64,000 bases of DNA from Rhizophagus irregularis (taxonomy: Eukaryota): assembly GCF_026210795.1 (NCBI RefSeq), contig NC_089435.1, positions 2,542,001-2,606,000 on the forward strand, written 5' to 3'. This document shows, in pieces, positions 54,901 to 64,000 of the stretch. The notes below the pieces were generated by a model. It made no database searches. It worked only from the letters and a program-made list of their open reading frames with translations, and was not told where the DNA came from. A program made the position numbers and the translations under genes. Every line of letters begins with the position of its first letter. The stretch's first letter is position 1.

Positions 54901-56244
54901 ATTGTCTAGTGATAATTCATAATGCATCAATGCATTGTATTTATTCATGTAAACCATTATGTAAAATTAATAGAGCATCATCAGATACATAGATGATTTC
55001 ATCTGTGAATATTATGATAATCATCAATATTAAGTATAAACATATTCTCAATATTTTGTTACAGTATCTTGATGATTTTCTGAAATCAAGTTTTTTTTGA
55101 TGATTTACTGTCTTTCTTATATTTGCTAATGTATCAATAGAAGACGATGATGCTCCAGAAGTTTGTAAATATGATTGTCCATGGCAATTAGGAAGATCAT
55201 GGCTACAAAGAAGTGTATGTCGCTTCCCTAGATAGTTTTTATAGTCATTCAGTTTGATGACAAATCTGTCAAGATTTTTAATGTCTTGAAGAATAAATTT
55301 TATAAGCAAAAGTTTTAAATATTAATTATTGAAATAAATCTTTAATATTGTGGTAGGCTTGTGAATTTCAATTAGGATTGCCAATAATAGCTTCTACCTT
55401 CTTAAATATTCATAAACTTTTTTTTTCTTCAGGAATCTTAAAGCTTAAATAGTTATAATACTACTTTTGTTATACAAATTAGACATTCATTTTTCACCTC
55501 AATAGGTACAACTATAATAAAAGCTAATTAAGTCTGGTTCAAGTCAATTGGTGCACTATTATTTCTCCTAAAAATTTAACTTTTTGCACCTGAAAATCAT
55601 TTGTAATAAAAGTACCAGTAGATAGGTTGCTTACTTTCTTTACTAAAGTCACTCATATTGTGATTATAGTTTTATAATGGTTAGGGTTTTTGTTAGATTA
55701 TTAGTATATTTGTATACCTTTTTCAATAAAAAGTAAATATAAAACAGATTATTTTTTTTTTCAATAATGTTGATAATAATCTTCATCTATTTCATTTTTT
55801 AAACTGTTTATATCTATTAAACTTGTGAATTATTTCTTCTTCCTGATAGTTTTTTTAAAAATTTAATTTACTAATTATATATTATACAGTACAAGACATT
55901 TTTAAATATATATTTAATTTTGAAAAAAAAAATTCGTAAAATATCAAATTTTAAAAAGATAGTTGTATTTAAACTTATAATATGAATATGTAAGAAAGAG
56001 TTTAAAATAATTCAGAAGGTATAAATACTGTATGCCAATGGTTTTGATATTTGTATATAATTTTGGTGATTCATAATGTAGTTTTTGGAATATTTTGGTG
56101 TTGATATGTTATTATTACAGTCATGTACTATACTATATATATTATACAATATTTAAATAATATCTAGTTCTTGTTCTAAAATATATTCCCATCTTGTCAC
56201 TGCTATTGACAAAAGATGAATATAGGTTTATGCATTAGTAGTAC

Positions 56245-56380
56245 TTCTATCAAGAGTAAAATCGTCCACTTCTTAGTAGACTCTATTGGCCTATCAAGAG
56301 TAGCTTTCGCCACTTCTTATTAGTCTCAATTGGCCTATCGAGAATAGCTTTCACCACTTCTTAGTAGTACTCTATTAGCA
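56245..56380. repeat. About 44-bp tandem repeat, 3 copies
   Basis: ccacttcttagtagactctattggcctatcaagagtagctttcg. Confidence 0.75.
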
Positions 56381-58566
56381 GGCCATGCTTTTATATCTGT
56401 TGATTTTTTTGGTCATGAGGAACTTTCTTATGGACGACAATAACATCCTGCAATTCATCTAATCCATCATTAGATTTTTTTGATTTTTTTGTAGATTTTT
56501 TATATTTTGAAATTCTTTTTGATGACAATGTGAATGGAAATACAGCACTCTTGATTGAATTTTAACTTCTTGCATTTGGACTTCTCATAAATTTCTTTTG
56601 TTTGTAGTCTACTATAATTTTGAAGGAAAGTATGAAAATTTCAACTTCTAAGCTTTTCATTTGGTCATTGCACCAATTTGATAATTTGTGATATTATTAA
56701 AATAGATCAGGTAAAATGTCTTGTAAACAAGTAAATAATTTAACAAGATATTTAAAAATTCCATCATTGCTAAAACTTGGCTTGGTGAAGCAATTAAAGA
56801 ATAATAACCCACATTGATCTCATATCCACTAAACCAATATAGACTTCCAAACCCATGGTTTATAGAGTAATATTTTGTAGTATGAACAATCAGGTCAGTT
56901 TCTACATCTTTTAGGTAGTTTTAGCTTTTTGTTAGTGTTAGGGTCAGAACATTTATTTCCTGTACCTTTGTATTTTTTTCGTGTATTAAAAAGCAAGTCT
57001 TATAGTTGATCATATCTGAAAAGACTTAAACCCTTCACAGGATGGGCTATTGCATCCAATAGTGCATTGTGTTCTAATATGCCGAATGCTTCTGACTAAG
57101 AAAAGGCGTGAAACAATCCATTTTTTTGTTTGTTCAGATAAATTAGGAAGGCGCTGGATAAATAACCTAAGAAGGATATTACGATGACGAGCCAATACTA
57201 GAACCTTCAGCAGCAGAAAGATGTTAAACAGTAGCCAGAGCAGTTCTTTTTCTACTAATATGTAAAAGGATGAAGACTATTATCAATTTAATATTATACT
57301 GTAGTTTTTACCCATATCTTTTTTAATGTAATGTGCAGGAACTTTTGCCAGTTTTTCTTGTGCAAAATATAGACTTGATTCTCCTTCACCATATATTTTC
57401 AATATATTATTGAAAGCATGATCATCTTAAATTATGCTTATGTTTAATATATACTGCAAAGTGTTTACAGCACTTAATTGTTGGCTAAGGACTTTCATCA
57501 TTGTTGCTTCTTGATGAAAAATTCCATAAAAAATTAAAAATTCAAATAACATTATATTATATTCAATGAATTCAATAAAAAATATGAAGAATAATTAAAA
57601 TCTTGATAAATGATTTTAAAATTTAAACAAAATTTTTTAGTATTGACATATTAGGAAAATGTAGGATTTGGAAAAAATTAATAAGAGATATCCTGAATAG
57701 AGATTCTCATTGGTACTTAAAAGATGCAGGATTAAATAGATATGAAATTATATGTTAATCATATATTTTAAGTAAAAAATATACATTGAAGGATTTCAAA
57801 GACATTATTGTTGATTTTTAAAAATTAAGATAATTTACAGATAATTTTAATAGATAATTTTAGTAGATATAATAATTTAATGTAGGATAATTAGTATATT
57901 AATATTAATTAATTTTTATATATAATTTAAATAAAAAAAAAAATATTTTAATAAAGTGAGAAAAGGGGAAAGGGATAAGTGAACAATTGTGAGAAAAGCT
58001 CTATAAATAAGTGTAAACGAGAAAAGCAAAGCCACGTAAAAAAAAATTGTCTTGCAACAATTGGTTAAATTTTTTCGTCTCAGCCCCGAAAAGCCCAAAA
58101 TCTCGTGTACATTTGAAAAAAAGATTATCAGAAATTATTTTATTTCTCGTAACACGACGTGTGTAAAATAACGAATTTATTTAATTTCGTTTGTGATTAG
58201 CATTTTTTTTAACAATTTGAAATAATGTCTTTCACATAAAATTAGCACATTTCAATTTATATTTCTACAGTGGGTTTATCCTACTATCTTTTTTATATAA
58301 AATGTTTACAACTTAATTTTAATAAAAGCGTTCCATATAGGAAAAATTATATTACTAATTAGATTAAAGAAATTAATAAAAGGCGACTCTACAATTTTCA
58401 TTCGCCTAAGTAGATGTTTCATCTCTAAGAGTAGCAGTTGCATAATGATCATCATCGAATATAATTACAACATTAGTTAGAGGATTATCATCACGTAAGC
58501 CATTCTATAAGAAGTGAAAAAAAAAATTAATCTTTTTTAGGGAAGGAATTATCAATAATAAATTTC

Positions 58567-59373
58567 TTAAAAACTTACATCAACTTTTTTCAATCTGGGA
58601 GGCGTAGGATAAGTATTAAATATATCATTGATGCATTTGTGAACAGCATATACATCACTTTCCATAATTCCCCACAAAGTTGGACCTAATAACGGGTTTT
58701 CATTTACAGGCAATCCAATATATTTATGAGATATATAAAGAACAGAACTTGCAATCTCTTTTGAAGTATAATAAAGACAAAACGGATGATTATAAGTTTG
58801 ACTAATTATTAGGCTTGCCATTCTTATTAAAATAATTTTTTTCTTTTCAGTGATAATAATATCGGATGAATTCTCAAGAAAGTCCACCACATGAATATGT
58901 GGTAAATCAACATCGAAATCGAAACATATTTTTTCCGCTAGAACTTTTTCTTTATTAATGATAATTTTAATCCACTTTGTAAATTCATCAGCATCATAAA
59001 AATTATTATCACGTCGTATTACACGGGCGCAAGCAACGGCAACATAATCAATTATACGAGGATGTTCTGTAGTTTTTGTCGCCAAAAAAGTAGCAGCGGC
59101 CCCAATGTCATGTTGTGTATAATCTTTAAAACTACAACGCATAAAAAATCTATGAAAATAAGTCGTCGCAGTTGCAATCGTTTGATGTTTCAAGCGAAGC
59201 CAAACGCTAATATTTTTAATAAATTGAATACCATCACTCCTCAATTTATTTTCTTCTTCCATAGAAATTCCATCGCAACGAGATGGTGTGAATTTGCCAT
59301 ATTGATTTTTGTCAAATTTCCATTGAGATTTAGAAATGTCGTTCATACTTTTTTTTTGGAATAAAGAGTTCAT
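58567..59373 (-). CDS. Transcriptional cyclin (cyclin K/T/Pch1-like)
   Basis: TPSRCDGIS.EEE.KLR, TIATATTYFHRFFM, AATFLATKTTE, ICFDFDVDLPH. Confidence 0.9.
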   Translation of the reverse strand: MNSLFQKKSMNDISKSQWKFDKNQYGKFTPSRCDGISMEEENKLRSDGIQFIKNISVWLRLKHQTIATATTYFHRFFMRCSFKDYTQHDIGAAATFLATKTTEHPRIIDYVAVACARVIRRDNNFYDADEFTKWIKIIINKEKVLAEKICFDFDVDLPHIHVVDFLENSSDIIITEKKKIILIRMASLIISQTYNHPFCLYYTSKEIASSVLYISHKYIGLPVNENPLLGPTLWGIMESDVYAVHKCINDIFNTYPTPPRLKKVDVSF

Positions 59374-60713
59374 GAAAAAAATTTTTTTTTTTTTGTTTAT
59401 ATTCGAATTAATAAAAGATTAGTTTTAAGTTGTTTAAATATTAAAAAGAGATTTTATTAAGTAATTTTTATTTTTAGAAATTATGTTTCGATTATTATTT
59501 TTTTTTTCATATAAAATGGTTTTTTTTTATATTATAGGTGCTGATCAAGAAAAATAAAAAAGAAAGAATTTTAGTAAAAACTTACGTTTAACTTTTATAT
59601 TGGATGTTTGATACTATTCCTTTGATCTTTATTAAGGACATAAATTTCCCGATAAGTAAATCATACAGTGTCAAACTCCGCGAATTATATATAACATGAG
59701 GCAGAAATATGTACGAACCGCAGGAAATTATGAGTCAGTTAACCAATCATTTGAAATATAATGATAAACTTTTACCGTTTTCAAACATTTTACCGTTTTT
59801 AAACATTTTTCTTTTGTTTAAAGTCAAATTCAAAGTAATACACATGATGTAATTATAAGATTTTCTTTGCATTTGTTGCTTTTGTTGCAAAATGTATTCG
59901 GTATTGCCGAACAAACAATTTATTAATTTCCATTTGTGTAACAACATGACTTGTTCCGAAATATAAAATTTATTAGCTTTTCACCAATAAAAAAATATTA
60001 TAAATATTGTCATATAAAGTTCATATATAATAAAACAATGGGATTTTGTATTACAATATTTTAACGGAGTTTGAAACATAATAATTTGAGCTTGTATAAA
60101 TATTAATATAACTCATGTACCGTAGATATTATAATAACGTCATCAAGCCTAAAAATGTACGATATTGATCCCGACAATGTGAGTAAAGATGTGTACATCA
60201 TATGACAATTAGGAGAAAGTATAACAATAATTTATATTGGATAGTACAGAAAAAAAATAAAAGGAAAAGCCGACGCATATCACTCACGTGATAATACTTC
60301 TTCGTTATGAAATTGGTTCTTCTTTAAGGAAATATATTTTTGCCAACTCATTTATTTATTTTTTTTTCTCTTTCTTTATTAAACATTTTTGTAATATCGT
60401 TAATACATATTATTTTTCTTTCTATATAATATATAATGAATTAATTAATTGGTAGAAGAATAAAGAATTTTTCAGCCCCTTTCAGTGCGGTAATAATTAC
60501 GGGACTAACTGCATGTTGTTCCAAATCTGGTTAAATTACTTACTCAATGAAGTAAATCATAAATAATATATAATAAAAAAAAATGTCGATCAAATTTTAT
60601 ATTTTTAGTATTTATAGCGTATATAAATAGTACGTGTATAACCCACCCTTTTTTAAAAATAAATTTAAATAAATCAGTTTTCCTTCTCCCTTTCCTTGTA
60701 AAATTTAAAAATT

Positions 60714-63023
60714 ATGTCACCAAAGTATCGTAAATTATTTGAACAGAATTATAAAAAAATATTTTTAGAGTATGCAAGAACTGGAAGAAATTTTCAAGAT
60801 GAACATTTTCCAACTAATGATGTTTCGTTATATAAAACTCCAAATAAAAAACATGATCATCATATTGAATGGAAAAGATGTAAAGATTTAACAAATAATC
60901 CTCATTTATTTGTATTTGATAATGAAGGTAAAGGTAAAATTAATACTGATGTAGTTCAAGGTGCTGTTGGAAATTGTTGGTTGGTTAGTGCTATAGGTGT
61001 ACTAGCTGCGCATCCAAAATTATTACATAAAGTTATACCAAAAGCTTCGGATCAAGATTGGAATCATAGTGACGAACCTGGTAAAAAGACGGGAGTTTAT
61101 CATTTTCGTGATACTGGTCGTCATCCTGGTGTATTTAGGTTTAGATTTTATAGGTTTGGTGAATGGGTTGAAGTCGTGGTTGATGATTATTTACCTACTA
61201 GGGATGGTAAATTAATTTACGCTCATTCAAGAAATCCTGATGAAATGTGGGTCTCATTACTTGAAAAAGCTTATGCTAAATTATGTAGATGTTATGAAGC
61301 ATTAGAAGCTGGTACTGCTTCTGACGCTTTGGTCGATTTAACTGGAACAATTCCTGATACAATCGAATTACCTAATACTACCCATTTTGATGATATACCA
61401 AATACTCCTTCTAGTCATTGTAGTTCCATGACCGTAACCGCTAATAAGAATGTAGTAGAACAAATGGGTTTAAAGAATTTTATAATGATGATTATAATAG
61501 CAAATAAAAAGGGTGCATTAATGAGTTGTAATATTAATCCTTTAGAAGGTGAAGCTCAACAAGAACGTTTACCAAATGGTTTGGTAATAGGTCATGCTTA
61601 TGGTATAACTGATATACAACAAATCCAAGAACCATTTTGGAAAAAAAATCGTAAAAATACTATTTTAATACGTTTACATAATCCTTGGGGTGAGATTGAA
61701 TGGAATGGGGCTTGGAGTGATAAATCCGAGGAATGGCAAAATATTAGTAAATCTAAACGTAAAAAAATGGGTTTTAAGATTGCTGATGATGGAGATTTTT
61801 GGATGTCTTTTGATGATTGGATGTTAAATTTTTCAATTTTAATCATTTGTAGACATTTAAATACTTCAATATTTTCATTTGAAAAAAGATGGCATGGTAT
61901 AACATTTAGGGGGGAATGGTCAATAGAAAAATCATTAGCGGGCGGTTGTGTTAATAATAAAAAAACTTTTTATCAAAATCCACAATATCGTATAGTAACT
62001 CATAAACCAACTACTTTAATTATTGGATTAATGCAAGAAGATAAACGTGCTAATATCACGCGTGAAAATCTTACTATAGGTTTCGTTGTATTAAAAGTTG
62101 AAGAGAATAGAAAATATCGTATTCATAAATCAACTTTTGACGTGGCTGGTCGTGTTACTTATATTAATACCAGAGAAGTTACTGCGAGAATTGCATTAAA
62201 AAGTGGTAATTACATTCTCATACCAAGCACTTTTAATTATGGTGATGAAGGACATTATTTTATGAGAATGTTTTCTGGCAATAGGATTAGCATTAAGAGA
62301 TTAGAAAAAGATAAGCCCAAGAAAAAATGGTGGTATCCATTGATTTATTGGGGAAAGAGTTACTTTGTTGGTACGATAAGAATAAAATTATTAAGTGTTA
62401 ATCTAAAAAGATATATAGGAAAAGCGTACATAAAAATCACTTTTGCTGATTTAAATGGTAGAATTAAACAGAGAATAGTTTCTCCTAAATTTATTACTAA
62501 TGATGATGATGATGATGGTGGCGTAACTGATATTCTGACGGAATATACATTTTTTACGAGAGATCCTTCTACTGCTGGTTTGTTATTTCAATTATATCAA
62601 AAGAATACTTTTTCTAAAGACAAATTATTGGGCGAAATGCGTTTATTAACTGATTCTTATTCAAAAGAAGAAAAAGTAAGTAAAATGTGGGAAATAACTA
62701 AAACTTTTACAAAGACTGTCAAAATACCTAAAAGTTATTTAACGAGTAATACAACTACGACGGAAACTGAAGGTGAAGTCTCACTGGACGAATGTGATGA
62801 CGTTGATAAAAAATCGGAAAAAACTGTTACAAGAATTAGCGCCAAAATGAATGGTGATCGTAGCGTTAAAAAAAGTTCACGAAATGATAATAAACGACGA
62901 AAGAGAAATGGAAATGGACATAAGAAAGGTTTAAAAAGTAAAGATTTCGTACCTCAACTTATTGATGCAAATATTGGTGAATTAAAAGTAAGAATAATTT
63001 ATTATCCAGATCTTAATTCTTGA
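60714..63023 (+). CDS. Calpain (CysPc + domain III + probable C2-like region)
   Basis: Catalytic triad QGAVGNCW, GHAY, HNPWG; AGGC..N..TFYQNPQY and LIPSTF of domain III; intronless 769 aa. Confidence 0.95.
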   Translation: MSPKYRKLFEQNYKKIFLEYARTGRNFQDEHFPTNDVSLYKTPNKKHDHHIEWKRCKDLTNNPHLFVFDNEGKGKINTDVVQGAVGNCWLVSAIGVLAAHPKLLHKVIPKASDQDWNHSDEPGKKTGVYHFRDTGRHPGVFRFRFYRFGEWVEVVVDDYLPTRDGKLIYAHSRNPDEMWVSLLEKAYAKLCRCYEALEAGTASDALVDLTGTIPDTIELPNTTHFDDIPNTPSSHCSSMTVTANKNVVEQMGLKNFIMMIIIANKKGALMSCNINPLEGEAQQERLPNGLVIGHAYGITDIQQIQEPFWKKNRKNTILIRLHNPWGEIEWNGAWSDKSEEWQNISKSKRKKMGFKIADDGDFWMSFDDWMLNFSILIICRHLNTSIFSFEKRWHGITFRGEWSIEKSLAGGCVNNKKTFYQNPQYRIVTHKPTTLIIGLMQEDKRANITRENLTIGFVVLKVEENRKYRIHKSTFDVAGRVTYINTREVTARIALKSGNYILIPSTFNYGDEGHYFMRMFSGNRISIKRLEKDKPKKKWWYPLIYWGKSYFVGTIRIKLLSVNLKRYIGKAYIKITFADLNGRIKQRIVSPKFITNDDDDDGGVTDILTEYTFFTRDPSTAGLLFQLYQKNTFSKDKLLGEMRLLTDSYSKEEKVSKMWEITKTFTKTVKIPKSYLTSNTTTTETEGEVSLDECDDVDKKSEKTVTRISAKMNGDRSVKKSSRNDNKRRKRNGNGHKKGLKSKDFVPQLIDANIGELKVRIIYYPDLNS

Positions 63024-63324
63024 AATTTTTAATAGGACAATAATTTTCAATAGGACAATAAGACACTATTTATTTATAACTTTACTGTTTTATATTTTGT
63101 ATATTATAATTTTTTTTTTATTTAATTTGTGTATACTGTATATATAAGTTAAATTATGATATATAATAATTTAATATTTATTTAAATTTGGGAGAAATAT
63201 TTTTTTAAAAAAAATCTAAAATTTCACGTAATATTTTATTTTGTCGAATGTAATTTAAGTTATTACTAATATTATTATATTGCTCATTAGTCCCAGAGTC
63301 CCGGAGCGTGAACGTACCAGCATA

Positions 63325-63411
63325 GTTATTTCACGGGGAACTGTGGATATCAATGATTTTCACGGCGCAGTCGTGAAAATCATGATATTCCAGTGACTCC
63401 GTGAAATAACT
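63325..63411. repeat. About 87-bp palindrome, probably the subterminal part of a mobile element
   Basis: agttatttcacgg...gattttcacg / cgtgaaaatc...ccgtgaaataact. Confidence 0.7.
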
Positions 63412-64000
63412 GATTTATCCCACGGTTCCTAGTTAAAATTTGTTTTTTTTTCTTGATATTCTCACGGGTGATGTTTATTTAAAGATAGGTAAAAAGTCTA
63501 TCATTATTAGTCAAAATAATTATATTAAAGGGCTTTATGGTATGGATCCCATGTGATAAATAAATTTAACTAAATTTATATTTTCTTTTCACCAATTAAT
63601 CGTCATATTCGAATATCCGATGTACAACATAAGAATTATAATATTGAATAAATTCAGTAATGTCTTCCTTACTCGCAATTAATTAGTTTCATATTGTATA
63701 CTTTCATGTTGTATGCAGCATTGTAAGGTTTAAGAATTTGATCGCCATGTGTTTGAAAATCCTTTTTGCCAATAACGGTACAACGTTTATTCCATTCTAC
63801 CACAGTCGAAAAATTCTTATCCGAATCTTTTACTAATCTGTTAAATAACCGTGGAAATTAGAATTTTTTCTCGAAAAAATCCTGTGAAGCACGTATTATT
63901 TCTCTTATACTAAATATATAAACGTCATTATTAGCATCTTTATTTTAATTCCGATAAACTAAATTTAAGGTTGTACGTTGCACATGTTATGTAGGATCTT

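Noticed and set aside
49200..57600. Intact genes in this interval
   Set aside because: Only decayed transposon fragments with many stops were recognisable
59062..59364. ORFs antisense to cyclin, calpain (61598-61846) and 10445-10815
   Set aside because: Shadow ORFs of real genes

Overview
Very AT-rich, intron-containing, repeat-rich eukaryotic DNA. The gene families present (TKL kinases, BACK-TLDc, HSPA12-like, Plavaka, hAT, MULE and Helitron relics) suggest an arbuscular mycorrhizal fungus of the Rhizophagus type; this is an inference. The main result is that the apparent ~100-bp 'satellite' at 25.8-36.7 kb lies inside a minus-strand protein kinase gene (24223-37095). Each repeat unit is a complete spliceosomal intron (GTAAGT...CTAAC/TAAT...TAG), and units are separated by 3-nt microexons (64 read by hand, 13 different triplets) plus one 1-nt exon. 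Joined in phase 1, these give a stop-free, Tyr/Gly/Arg/Asp-rich 64-aa segment linking an MG-starting N-terminus to the kinase domain in frame. The window also holds a calpain, a transcriptional cyclin, a membrane protein, a 6-exon gene with an in-frame TGA, several pseudogenes, many nested non-autonomous transposons with readable TIRs/TSDs, and other arrays of short exons with no obvious ORF. All calls were made by eye, with no database searches.
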